NCBI GenBank assembly: GCA_038886535.1
Contig: JAVZXS010000002.1
Span: 6,673 to 70,672 of the forward strand
Reading direction: 5' to 3'
Source of the DNA: Candidatus Micrarchaeia archaeon
GTDB lineage: Archaea; Micrarchaeota; Micrarchaeia; CABMEP01
DNA length: 64,000 nt
Part shown: positions 19,135 through 28,695 of the stretch, in pieces
How positions within the stretch are numbered: the stretch's first letter is position 1
Layout of the letters: every line of letters begins with the position of its first letter
Notes under the pieces: generated by a model
Databases searched by the model: none
Told to the model about the DNA's origin: nothing
Seen by the model: the letters and a program-made list of their open reading frames with translations, nothing else
Program-made: the position numbers and the translations under genes

Positions 19135-20040
19135 TTATTCATTTTGCAGATATCTTTCAACCGCACTCATTATATTTTGTGGAGGTATTATACCTAATTC
19201 AGTGATATACGCTCTTATATATGAGGGAGGTGTAACATCAAAAGCAGGATTAATAACTTTCAATCCTTTTATCTTTTTGGCAAGAACTTCTTTTGGATCT
19301 CTCATTTCTATTTCTGTCATCTTTCCGAACTTAGTGAGCGGATCAAATTTATATATCTGGGTAGCAGAATAGAATGGAACCTTCATATCATTTGCTACAG
19401 TTGCGATTGTGGATGTTCCTATTTTATTATATAATGATCCATCCGTAGCTATAGCATCTGCCCCAACAATTACCATGCTAACATCTTTCATAACATATCG
19501 AACAGCTGAGTCAATTATAAGGGTTACATCTACACCAGCAGAGGCAAGCTGCTTTGCAGTTATGTGGCCCTGATAGAGAGGTCTCGTTTCAGTGCAGTAT
19601 ACCTTTATTTTCTTTTTCTTATTTGCTTGTATGAGAATGCTGTTAACTGTTGTACTATGGCAATGAGTTAAGATAACTTGGTCGTCCCAAATCATTTCTG
19701 ATCCATATTCAGTTATTTTTAGAAATGATTCAGTAAACATCTTGTCATATATCTTCATGGTTTCTTCTGCAATTTTCTTTATTTCTTCTACATCTTTTCC
19801 TTTCTCAAGCCTTGCGAAAAAGAATCTAAGTGTGTTTCTTGCCATTGGTTCAGTGGGTCTGAGTGAAAGAAGTTTCTCACTTGTTTTTTCTATTTCATTT
19901 AAAATCTCCTCTCTTGTTTTTGCATTGCTTTTCTGAATGCTAATTACCAATGCCTTTGCAGTAGCTTCTGCGACTCTTCTTGCACCTTGAATCTTCAATG
20001 CTTTTATATCCCGCATTATTCTTTTAACTTCTGCTGCCAT
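19135..20040 (-). CDS. Ribose-1,5-bisphosphate isomerase (eIF-2B alpha/beta/delta-like, E2b2)
   Basis: eIF-2B-family motifs ILTHCHSTTV, TETRPLYQG and VIVGADAIATDGSLYNKIGT. Located directly upstream of the AMPpase gene on the same strand. Confidence 0.8.
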   Translation of the reverse strand: MAAEVKRIMRDIKALKIQGARRVAEATAKALVISIQKSNAKTREEILNEIEKTSEKLLSLRPTEPMARNTLRFFFARLEKGKDVEEIKKIAEETMKIYDKMFTESFLKITEYGSEMIWDDQVILTHCHSTTVNSILIQANKKKKIKVYCTETRPLYQGHITAKQLASAGVDVTLIIDSAVRYVMKDVSMVIVGADAIATDGSLYNKIGTSTIATVANDMKVPFYSATQIYKFDPLTKFGKMTEIEMRDPKEVLAKKIKGLKVINPAFDVTPPSYIRAYITELGIIPPQNIMSAVERYLQNE

Positions 20041-20148
20041 AATTCTATTCTTTCAGATATAATTTTAAACTTTAACTATTTAACAAAAAAAAAAGAAGCT
20101 TTAAAATTTAAATGTATATAATATTATTTAGCAAGCGATCGTGATTTT

Positions 20149-21285
20149 ATGGTTAATTCCCTCAGACAAATTGTGGACATTCCTTTAAGTGGAGGAATGG
20201 ATCTTCAAAATTTTGATGATCTTTCAGAAGATGATAAAGAACTTCTTAAATTTTATGAGTCATCCAAACCTAAAATATATGTTTTAGGAATGGGTGGGAG
20301 CGGTAGTAATACTGTAAACAGATTATCTCAAATAGGGATCAAAGGAGCAACTATAATTGCAATGAATACCGATGTGCAACATCTTCTTCATATCAAAGCA
20401 GATAAAAAAATATTATTGGGAAAAACAACAACAAGAGGGATAGGTGCAGGTAGCGATCCAGAAGTAGGAGAAGCAGCTGCAACAGAATCTCTTGAAGACA
20501 TTAAGCGTGCAATTTCAGATGCTTCTCTAGTTTTTGTGACTTGTGGGTTAGGTGGTGGAACTGGAACTGGTTCTGCTCCAGTTGCGGCAAAGGTTGCTAA
20601 AGAAATGGGTGCATTAGTTGTAGCTGTTGTAACACTTCCATTCACTTCAGAAGGAGAAAAGAGAAGGCAGAACGCAATGAAGGGTTTAGAAAAATTAAAG
20701 AGATCTGTTGATACTCTTATTGTAATACCTAATGATAAGCTTCTTGCAGTCGTGCCAGATCTTCCTTTAGATGCTGCATTTAGAGTTTCAGATGAAGTGC
20801 TTGCAAAATCCGTCAAAGGAATAACTGAGCTGATCACTGTTTCTGGTCTTATTAATTTAGATCTTGCGGATCTTAAAACAATTCTAAAGGATGGCGGTTA
20901 TGCAATGATCGGAGTTGGAGAATCCAGCGTTGATTCTTCTTATGATGAAAGAGCATTGCTTGCTGCAAGCACCGCGCTCAAAAGTCCGCTTTTAGATGTT
21001 GATATCTCCACTTCAAACCGAGCAATTATTAATGTCGTTGGTGGAGAAGACATGACATTAAGAGAGGCCGAGCTTATAGCAAGAGAGGTATCAAAGCAGA
21101 TAGCAAAGGATTCCCATATAATCTGGGGTGCAAGAGTGGATAAATCATTGAAAAGGTCTCAGATTCAAGTTTTGGTCGTGCTTGTTGGTGTTAATGTAGG
21201 AGATTTAAATGGAAAACCAGACAAGGTAAAGGTTGCGGAGGAACTGGAAGAAATAGATCTAAATGATCTAGATCTTGCACTCTAA
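20149..21285 (+). CDS. ftsZ: Cell division protein FtsZ
   Basis: GMGGSGSNTVNRL, the tubulin signature GLGGGTGTGSAPV, and NLDLADLKT. Confidence 0.95.
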   Translation: MVNSLRQIVDIPLSGGMDLQNFDDLSEDDKELLKFYESSKPKIYVLGMGGSGSNTVNRLSQIGIKGATIIAMNTDVQHLLHIKADKKILLGKTTTRGIGAGSDPEVGEAAATESLEDIKRAISDASLVFVTCGLGGGTGTGSAPVAAKVAKEMGALVVAVVTLPFTSEGEKRRQNAMKGLEKLKRSVDTLIVIPNDKLLAVVPDLPLDAAFRVSDEVLAKSVKGITELITVSGLINLDLADLKTILKDGGYAMIGVGESSVDSSYDERALLAASTALKSPLLDVDISTSNRAIINVVGGEDMTLREAELIAREVSKQIAKDSHIIWGARVDKSLKRSQIQVLVVLVGVNVGDLNGKPDKVKVAEELEEIDLNDLDLAL

Positions 21286-21419
21286 GAAATATTATTTGAT
21301 TATTTTGACATTAAGCACATATTTTTATTTCTTTTTATTATATAATATTATGTCTATTTATAATTGTAATTGGTTATGAATAGAATGATTTGTATTTAAT
21401 CTATTTTAAAGGTGTTAAG

Positions 21420-21605
21420 ATGTCACTTGTTAAAGGAATAAAGGAGTTTTATGATAAGGCAGTATATGTATGGAGAGCAAGCAAGAAACCTTCTAAAAAA
21501 GAATTAAACGAAAATCTTAAGATAGTATTGCTAGGAATTTTGATTTTAGGGGTCATAGGTTTTATAATATCAATAATATTTGGTTTCTTACAATTTTCAC
21601 AATGA
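21420..21605 (+). CDS. secE: Protein translocase subunit SecE (Sec61 gamma)
   Basis: 61 aa with a single C-terminal TM helix. Conserved position upstream of spt5-L11. ATG at 21420 after AAAGGTG. Confidence 0.7.
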   Translation: MSLVKGIKEFYDKAVYVWRASKKPSKKELNENLKIVLLGILILGVIGFIISIIFGFLQFSQ

Positions 21606-21618
21606 ATTGGGTGGAGTT

Positions 21619-22065
21619 ATGATATTTGCATATAGGGTAACTTCAGGACAGGAACACATAGTCTTAGAGATGCTTACACACAAGGCTGAAAAGATGAAGG
21701 ATTCGATAGGTGCAATAGTAAGATTTCCAGAAGTAAAAGGTTATATATTCATAGAATCATCTGATATCTCTGCAGCAAAGACTATCTCTCAAGGTATTAG
21801 ACATATAAAAGGAATGATTTCAAAACCAGTCGATCTTAATGAAATGACCAAGCTTATAGAAGAAGGTGTGCAATCGGTCAAGCTTGGAAAAGGAGATATA
21901 ATTGAATTTACTTCAGGACCATTCAAGGGTGAAAGAGGAAAAATAATGAGAATAGATGAAACGAAAGATACAATAACTGTAGAACTTATAGATGTTGCAG
22001 TTTCTGTTCCTGTAACAGCTAAGATCAGTACAGTAAAGATAATACAAAAAGCAGAAGAGGAGTAA
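21619..22065 (+). CDS. spt5: Transcription elongation factor Spt5 (NusG)
   Basis: NGN domain (IFAYRVTSGQEH...KGYIFIE) plus KOW (GDIIEFTSGPFKGERGKIMRID). Confidence 0.85.
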   Translation: MIFAYRVTSGQEHIVLEMLTHKAEKMKDSIGAIVRFPEVKGYIFIESSDISAAKTISQGIRHIKGMISKPVDLNEMTKLIEEGVQSVKLGKGDIIEFTSGPFKGERGKIMRIDETKDTITVELIDVAVSVPVTAKISTVKIIQKAEEE

Positions 22066-22151
22066 TCAGTTTAAATTAATGTTTATAGACATCTAGACGA
22101 TGGCTAAATATCTAGTAAATAAAAAGTTAGAATTAGATAATAGGTGAGTAT

Positions 22152-22640
22152 ATGGCTGAAATTACAGTTTCACTTCTTGTAGAAGGAGGAAAGGCTTCCG
22201 GAGGACCACCGTTAGCAACTTCAATAGGACCTCTTGGAATAAATGTCAATAATATTGTTAAAGAAATAAATGAGAAAACAAAAGATTTTGCAGGAGTAAC
22301 AGTTCCAGTAAAAGTAATAGTAAATAAAGAGAACAAATCATATAAAATCGAAGTTGGAGTGCCTGCAGTAGCTTCTTTAATAAAGAAAGAGATAGGCATA
22401 GAGAAAGGAGCAAAGGCAGAACCCGGGCAGAAGCCAGCTCCAGCAGGAGACATCAGCTTTGACAAGGTTGTCAAGATCGCAAAGATAAAGATTGGGTCAA
22501 CAAATACAACAGAGCTGAAGTCTGCCGTTCTTTCAGTTTTAGGAACATGTTTAAGCGTAGGAGTTACATGTGAAGGGCAGGATCCAAGAGTAATAGCAAA
22601 GAAGGTCAAGAAAGGAGAATATGATGCAAGCATCAAGTGA
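22152..22640 (+). CDS. rpl11: 50S ribosomal protein L11 (uL11)
   Basis: GGKASGGPPLATSIGPLGIN and the C-terminal SVLGTCLSVGVTCEG pattern. Confidence 0.95.
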   Translation: MAEITVSLLVEGGKASGGPPLATSIGPLGINVNNIVKEINEKTKDFAGVTVPVKVIVNKENKSYKIEVGVPAVASLIKKEIGIEKGAKAEPGQKPAPAGDISFDKVVKIAKIKIGSTNTTELKSAVLSVLGTCLSVGVTCEGQDPRVIAKKVKKGEYDASIK

Positions 22641-22646
22641 GGTTAA

Positions 22647-24341
22647 ATGAAAATAAAATTTGTAGAGAATGAATTATACATTAAAACAAAAAGTTGCAGA
22701 ATATTCTCTATTTTAATTTTTATTTTATTATCTTTTTCTACTCTCTTTTCATTTCCGATTGATGTAAAATGGAAGGTTCAAACAACACAGACTTCAACAG
22801 CACCAGTAATTGGACAGGATTATCTATTTTCAATTTCAGACTCTGGAAACGTGGTAGCATTTAATCGCTTCACAATGGCGAGAGTTTGGAATTTAGATCT
22901 AGGTAAAAGCGTGAAGTATCAATCAAGTTTCATAAGTAATATTCTTTTCGTTCCAGCTGGAAATACATTATTTGCAATTTCAAAAGATGGACAGATAATA
23001 GGAAACATATCATTTAATTCCACCATCTCTATTCCAGTTGTTCAGGTAGGTTCAAACTTAGTGGTTGCAACAAGGGATGGGAATGTTTATATAATATCGC
23101 AGCCAGGTAATACATTTACAAATAAAAATATAATAAAAGCAACTAGATTAGATGGAGAAATAGATTCGTCTTTTACAGTAAGCGGAAATAAAATTTTCAT
23201 AGCTACAGTTAGTGGTAAGATTTATTCAATAGATCCGGCGGGTTCTCCAGTACTTTTATATGATCTTGGGTATTCGGTATGGCGATCAAGACTTGCCATT
23301 ACTAATAATACAATTTATGTCCCAGCTGAGCACTCATTATATGGAGTTGACATGCAAGGTAAGCTTCTTATTGTAAAAAGAATTGCAGATGGCAATCTCA
23401 ATTCAATAGCAACAGATGGAGAGAGGCTTTATATCGGTTCTGATGATGGTTATTTGTACTCTTTAGATCTTGAAGGGAATATCATTTGGAAGTTCAAAAC
23501 AAACAATTCAATCAAAAGCGTTCCAGTTATTCTTCAAGATTCAATTTTAATCTCTTCTAGGGACAACAACATATACAGCATAAATAAGAAAGGAAATCTT
23601 AAATGGAACATTTCAGTTTCAGATTGGCCAAGTGATATAGTTGAAGAAAGAGGAGTGTTTTATTCTACTGCATACGATGGAACAATTTATGTAGTCTCAT
23701 TACTTTCATGCCAAATAACAAATCCTGAAGTCGGTTCTACTATTCTTCCAATTGTGACGGTAGCAGGTGATGCTTATTCAGAGAATGGGGTAAAATTAGT
23801 TCAAGTAAGAACAGTGCCGGGAGAATGGCAATCTGTTAATTTGCATGGAGATGGAAATAATTTAAGTTGGTCTGGAAATATTCAGATTACAGGATTTATA
23901 GAAGGAGAGGTGTCTCTTCAGTGCAGAGTGATAGACAAATATGATAATCAAGAGCAGTCTCCTTATTTCACTTCGACCTATAATTTTGTTTTCTCAGAAG
24001 AAAAACTACCTAAGATAAACGTTTCTTATCCTTCGCAAGTTAATGTGAATCAGCCAATTATAATAAAATTCTTTACTACAGAAGGAGCTATCTTAACAGA
24101 TGTTAATGTAAAAATTGGTGGAGAGACATTTAAAGTGACAGATAAATCAGGACAGTTTACATATACTCCTGCAAAGGAGGGGGACTTAACTATTTATATT
24201 GAGAAATCAGGTTATCAACAGAGACAAATACAAATAAAAGTTACAAAACCTTTAATTCAACCGATATATGTAGCGATAATATTTCTTGTTGCAGTAGCAA
24301 TAGTCATATATTCCTCAATAAGAAAAGGAACTTGGAAATAA
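22647..24341 (+). CDS. PQQ-like beta-propeller repeat surface protein with an Ig-like C-terminal region and TM anchor
   Basis: Repeated DG.IY/ DGNVY/ DGYLYSLD/ DGTIYVV blades. N-terminal signal/anchor and a C-terminal TM helix. Confidence 0.7.
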   Translation: MKIKFVENELYIKTKSCRIFSILIFILLSFSTLFSFPIDVKWKVQTTQTSTAPVIGQDYLFSISDSGNVVAFNRFTMARVWNLDLGKSVKYQSSFISNILFVPAGNTLFAISKDGQIIGNISFNSTISIPVVQVGSNLVVATRDGNVYIISQPGNTFTNKNIIKATRLDGEIDSSFTVSGNKIFIATVSGKIYSIDPAGSPVLLYDLGYSVWRSRLAITNNTIYVPAEHSLYGVDMQGKLLIVKRIADGNLNSIATDGERLYIGSDDGYLYSLDLEGNIIWKFKTNNSIKSVPVILQDSILISSRDNNIYSINKKGNLKWNISVSDWPSDIVEERGVFYSTAYDGTIYVVSLLSCQITNPEVGSTILPIVTVAGDAYSENGVKLVQVRTVPGEWQSVNLHGDGNNLSWSGNIQITGFIEGEVSLQCRVIDKYDNQEQSPYFTSTYNFVFSEEKLPKINVSYPSQVNVNQPIIIKFFTTEGAILTDVNVKIGGETFKVTDKSGQFTYTPAKEGDLTIYIEKSGYQQRQIQIKVTKPLIQPIYVAIIFLVAVAIVIYSSIRKGTWK

Positions 24342-24969
24342 ATCCTGAATGGATGTATCTATTGTTAACCTCATTTAAAATATTTCTTTTTTCATTCCCA
24401 CTTTTCCAAACAATATAGCTACAGATAAACGTAAGAGAGAGGGTCATTATTGCTATTATTTCTATTCTTTCATTTGGAATTATTGGATGGGTTCCAATCA
24501 AATAGTCAAAAGCATCATTAAGCAAATAGAACCCAAATATTAGGAATAAATCCTTTTTCTTTATTTCTAATCCAGTTAAAGCAAGTCCTTCCAACACGAG
24601 ACCAAGATGTGCGATAAATAAAATTGAGTAAGTAAAAGGATCAGAAACAAGAAAGTAATTATAATAAAATAGGATTACAAACATAGTCCATGTTCCATAT
24701 TTAATTGAACCGACTGCAGTGAAGTTAGTAAGGAATCTAAATAGTCCAAATAATTTTTGGTTAGTGGGATTTTCTTCTTTTCTCCATATATCTCTTAATT
24801 TCCAGATTAATATAATCCCAACTAACAATGCTTGTAAAGGACAGTCAATTATTAATAGCCAGTATAAAAAATTCCAATCAGAAAGTTGATCTGAATAATA
24901 GTAGACACCATATAAAAATCCTATAAAATTTATAACTGCTATAATCAAGAGTAGATTTCCTTCTTGCAT
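24304..24969 (-). CDS. Polytopic membrane protein (DUF1405-like; uncertain)
   Basis: Six or seven hydrophobic helices. Its 3' end converges on and overlaps the 3' end of the PQQ gene by 38 nt. Confidence 0.5.
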   Translation of the reverse strand: MQEGNLLLIIAVINFIGFLYGVYYYSDQLSDWNFLYWLLIIDCPLQALLVGIILIWKLRDIWRKEENPTNQKLFGLFRFLTNFTAVGSIKYGTWTMFVILFYYNYFLVSDPFTYSILFIAHLGLVLEGLALTGLEIKKKDLFLIFGFYLLNDAFDYLIGTHPIIPNERIEIIAIMTLSLTFICSYIVWKSGNEKRNILNEVNNRYIHSGFISKFLFLLRNI

Positions 24970-25004
24970 TTTGTCACTTTCTATCTTTACAGAATTTATA
25001 AGAA

Positions 25005-25484
25005 TTATTCTTTAATAATTTTTATAGGCACTCCTCCAACAAAACTGTTTTGTCTAACATCCTTATTCACAAGGGACATCGCAGATATCTTAGCATTATT
25101 TCCTATCTTAACTCCTGGAAGTATTGTGCAATTTGCCCCTATCATAACATTTTTACCTATATCAACATTTCCTATTCTTAATTCTTCCTGTAAGAATTCA
25201 TGTGTCAATATTGTAGAATTAAATCCTATAATAGTGTTATCTTCTATTTTGATTAGTTCAGGAAAAAATATGTCAAACGTGACACCTAATCCAATTGATA
25301 CGTTCTTACCTATCTTCATTCCAGTCATTTTGTAAAGTAATCTTTTGATTGTCAATGAAGGCATGTATTTAGCAAGATATATCAATATGAAATTATATAT
25401 TATTATCAAAGGGTTTTTTACTTTATACCAATAAAGAAGCGAATTTCCTTTTCCAGAGAATCTTATGGATTTGAGTCTTCTCAT
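25005..25484 (-). CDS. Hexapeptide-repeat (LbH) acetyltransferase
   Basis: Imperfect [LIV]-G-x4 hexads: IGKNVSIGLGV, IGNVDIGKNVMIGANCTILPGVKIGNNAKI. Confidence 0.75.
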   Translation of the reverse strand: MRRLKSIRFSGKGNSLLYWYKVKNPLIIIYNFILIYLAKYMPSLTIKRLLYKMTGMKIGKNVSIGLGVTFDIFFPELIKIEDNTIIGFNSTILTHEFLQEELRIGNVDIGKNVMIGANCTILPGVKIGNNAKISAMSLVNKDVRQNSFVGGVPIKIIKE

Positions 25485-25645
25485 TTAATCACTCTTTTTT
25501 AAATTATTTAGTTTAATCCATAAAACAATATATTTTTAAATTATCGCATTGTATATATCTTATCTATTGTAGTAATTATTAAATATACGCGCAGATCTTT
25601 ATATCTGTTGCCCGTATAACCGCATTCTGCGGGAGGGTGTTTTAA

Positions 25646-26278
25646 ATGATTAATGATGAGAGCATTAAACAGGCTATTTCAAAAGCTTTAGAAGAAAAGG
25701 GTTCAAGAAAGTTTGTACAGTCTGTTGAGATGGCTGTGAATTTTAAAAACATAGACATGTCAAAACAGGAGAACAAGCTTAATCTTGAAGTTACACTTCC
25801 AAAAGGAAGAGGAAAAAACATAAACTTAGTTGTATTTGCAGATGGCAACGTTGCAGCTGATGCAAAGGCAGCAGGAGCAGAATTTGTAATAGGTAGCGAT
25901 CAAATTCCAAAATATAAGAAATCAGACATAAAAAGACTTGCAAAGAATTCAGAGTTTTTTGCACAACCTCAATTAATGGTAGTAGTTGGTAAGCATTTTG
26001 GTCAGATTCTTGGTGGAAGAGGAAAGATTCCAAAGCCTCTTGTTGGAAATATTTCTGCAATGCTTAAGAATGCGAGAAATATTGTAAAGATAAGATCAAG
26101 AGGAAAGTTCCTTCCAGTTGTTCACTGTGCTATCGGAACAGAAAATATGTCTGTAGAGGACCTTACTGAAAACGCGAAAGCAGTTCTCAATGCAATAAGA
26201 AATAAATTCGGTGGAGACTCAGTAATAAAATCAGTTGTAATTAAACTTTCCATGGGTAAACCAGTTAAAGTCGAATAA
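25646..26278 (+). CDS. rpl1: 50S ribosomal protein L1 (uL1)
   Basis: RKFVQSVEMAVNFK and LPKGRGK motifs. Precedes P0 and P1. Confidence 0.95.
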   Translation: MINDESIKQAISKALEEKGSRKFVQSVEMAVNFKNIDMSKQENKLNLEVTLPKGRGKNINLVVFADGNVAADAKAAGAEFVIGSDQIPKYKKSDIKRLAKNSEFFAQPQLMVVVGKHFGQILGGRGKIPKPLVGNISAMLKNARNIVKIRSRGKFLPVVHCAIGTENMSVEDLTENAKAVLNAIRNKFGGDSVIKSVVIKLSMGKPVKVE

Positions 26279-26294
26279 ATAAAAGGTGATATTT

Positions 26295-27134
26295 ATGGTA
26301 AGCGCACTTGAAATTAAAAAGCAAAAAGTAAATGAAATAGCTAATCAATTAAAAACAGCAAAAGTTGTTGCAGTTGTAGATTTGCATACTTTACCAAATG
26401 CTCTTTTACATCAGATAAGAAAAGAACTAAAAGGTGAAGCAAAAATTATAATATATAAAACATCTCTTCTTAGAAGAGCACTTAAACTTGCAAAACTAAA
26501 CGAATTACTTCCAGCCATGAAAGGAGAGAAAGCACTGCTCATTACAAATACAGACCCATTCAAACTTTACAAAAAGATGAACGCAAATCCATTGAAGGTT
26601 TATGCAAAGCCTGGCCAAATAGCTCCTTATGATATAATTGTACCTGCTGGAGAAACACAGTTGTCACCCGGTCCGATCCTGACAGAGCTTAAGAGTGCAG
26701 GAATAGATGCAAGAATACAGGGAGGAAAGGTCGCAGTTGGAAAGGATTCTTTAGTGGCGAAGAAGGGTGAAGTTATAAAGGACGTGGTGGCTAAGGCATT
26801 ACAAAAATTAGATATAAGGCCTTTTGAAGTAAGAGTACATGTTCCTCTTGCATATGAAGGTGGAATAGTATACAGCGAAGAGCTTCTCAATGTTGACGAG
26901 AAGAAATTATTATCAGATATAGCAGCCGGATACTTTAATGCAAGAGCAATTTCAATGGAGATTGGATATGTAACAAAAGACACAATAGAACCTTTGATGC
27001 AGAAGGCATATCGCAATGCAAGATATATTGGAATTGAGAGAGATATTATGCTTCCTGAATTAATGGAAGAATTGATGAAGAAGGCAGCAAGGCAGGCACA
27101 GTCTGTAAATTCAGTAGTGCCTAATGCTGCATGA
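26295..27134 (+). CDS. rplP0: 50S ribosomal protein P0 (uL10)
   Basis: Archaeal P0 length and order (L1-P0-P1). ATG at 26295, 6 nt after AAAAGGTGA. Confidence 0.9.
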   Translation: MVSALEIKKQKVNEIANQLKTAKVVAVVDLHTLPNALLHQIRKELKGEAKIIIYKTSLLRRALKLAKLNELLPAMKGEKALLITNTDPFKLYKKMNANPLKVYAKPGQIAPYDIIVPAGETQLSPGPILTELKSAGIDARIQGGKVAVGKDSLVAKKGEVIKDVVAKALQKLDIRPFEVRVHVPLAYEGGIVYSEELLNVDEKKLLSDIAAGYFNARAISMEIGYVTKDTIEPLMQKAYRNARYIGIERDIMLPELMEELMKKAARQAQSVNSVVPNAA

Positions 27135-27165
27135 TCATCAAATTAGATGTTTTTGAGGTGAATTT

Positions 27166-27465
27166 ATGGAGTATATCTACGCTGCTTTGTTGTTGCACGC
27201 AGGCAAGAAAGAAATAACAGAGGATGCATTGAATGCAACCGTAAAGGCTGCTGGCTTGACACCAGATCCAGCAAAGGCAAAGATGGTGGTTACAGCTCTA
27301 CAAGGAGCAAACATAGATGAGATATTAAAGAACGCATCTATGCCAGTTGCAATAGCAGCTCCATCTGGTGGCGCAGCTCCAGCTGAAGCAAAGAAAGAAG
27401 AGAAGAAAGAGGAGAAGAAGACAGAAGAAGAAGCAGCAGCAGGACTTGGTAGCCTGTTCGGCTAA
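27166..27465 (+). CDS. rpl12: 50S ribosomal stalk protein P1 (aL12)
   Basis: [12 protein letters not shown]-terminus, an Ala/Glu/Lys hinge, and the conserved C-terminal GLGSLFG. Confidence 0.9.
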   Translation: MEYIYAALLLHAGKKEITEDALNATVKAAGLTPDPAKAKMVVTALQGANIDEILKNASMPVAIAAPSGGAAPAEAKKEEKKEEKKTEEEAAAGLGSLFG

Positions 27466-27578
27466 TTCTTCTATTTTCTTTTTTATTTTATTGTCAGTAA
27501 TCTTTCTCTATTTTTTCTTGTTTTCTGGTTTTTCTTAAGACTCTAAAATCTGCCTATTCACAAAAGAGATATAAAATT

Positions 27579-27839
27579 TTGTTTCATAATTATATTATGC
27601 AGATTCAATCTTTAGGTAAGCATGTTAATAATGAGCATTTTTTTAATACATTAATATTTTCTGCATTAGTAAATGCACAGAAAGAGGTCGATTCCGAGAA
27701 TTATATTTCAAAAATCCAATTAAGTAAGGGAGCAGAAGAGTTATTTAAAAAATTAGGTCTCAATGGCAGTTCAGATTTACTCACTTTTTTTGGAAAACAA
27801 AATAAGACCATGTTTTTTTATTTCAAAAGGGTGTGTTGA
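27579..27839 (+). CDS. Hypothetical small protein (TTG start)
   Basis: ORF only. It overlaps the next ORF by 7 nt. Confidence 0.3.
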   Translation: MFHNYIMQIQSLGKHVNNEHFFNTLIFSALVNAQKEVDSENYISKIQLSKGAEELFKKLGLNGSSDLLTFFGKQNKTMFFYFKRVC

Positions 27840-28693
27840 TTGATCTTAGGATCTTAAAAGAAGAGGATAAGGCATATGTGCAATTTAATTTTAATCCGTT
27901 AATAAATTTCTTTAAATTAACGCCAGATGCTGAAAAGGTAATAGCAATAGTTTCAAGATTGGAGAAAACTAAAAGAAAGAACTTCAACTATAATTTTTTA
28001 GTTACCACTACAGATATGAATTCATTGGTTAATGAAATTAAAAAATACACAAACGATAAAATTGAATACAAACAAATAGGAAAGGATAAGTTTAATGTTA
28101 CCATTACAAGAGGCGATCCAAAAATAAGAGAAATTAGCGAAAATGCTAAGTCAGATGCATTTGCATGTCTGGCAAATATTTATTTCAGCAAAAGCAAAAG
28201 GAAACAGTTTGTTAATTTTCTTGTAGATTTGTGGAATGCACCCTACAATGATTTCGAAAGTAGAAGAGCAATAGAGGAGGTGTTTTCAAAAGCAAGTTGG
28301 AAGGTGTGGAGTGAAATAAAGAATCATTTACCTGCTGCAATAAGGGACCAAATCGCTAAGAAGAGAGAAAAGGCTCTGCCAAAAGAGAGATTGGAAGAGG
28401 TGAAAAAAGAAATCGCTTTTAGTAAGAGATACAAACAGTTAGAAAAAATTATTTCATCTATCAAAGAAGTAGAATCAAGTAATAAAGAACTTAAAGACGA
28501 TCTAAAGAAGCTAAGAAAGGAGATTAAGAAAATATTAAAGATAGCTAAAGAAGAAAATAAAGAAGATGTAATAAAGAAAGAGATAGAAAGCTATGCAGCA
28601 AGAAATCTAAGAGAGGATTGGTATTTACATTTAGAAGAAATATTCAAATTTAGGACATTTTTATCCAAGAAATATTCAAACGTTTTAAAGTGA
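27833..28693 (+). CDS. Hypothetical Lys-rich protein with a C-terminal coiled coil
   Basis: 286-aa ORF with a GTG start. No family recognised. Confidence 0.5.
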   Translation: MLIDLRILKEEDKAYVQFNFNPLINFFKLTPDAEKVIAIVSRLEKTKRKNFNYNFLVTTTDMNSLVNEIKKYTNDKIEYKQIGKDKFNVTITRGDPKIREISENAKSDAFACLANIYFSKSKRKQFVNFLVDLWNAPYNDFESRRAIEEVFSKASWKVWSEIKNHLPAAIRDQIAKKREKALPKERLEEVKKEIAFSKRYKQLEKIISSIKEVESSNKELKDDLKKLRKEIKKILKIAKEENKEDVIKKEIESYAARNLREDWYLHLEEIFKFRTFLSKKYSNVLK

Positions 28694-28695
28694 TT

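Noticed and set aside
16282-20040. A complete AMP-salvage (AMPpase - R15P isomerase - form III RuBisCO) operon
   Set aside because: Only the first two genes are present here, and no RuBisCO-like ORF occurs in the window.
22133-22636. 167-aa ORF antisense to ribosomal protein L11
   Set aside because: L11 is unambiguous on the + strand. The antisense frame stays open only because of codon bias.
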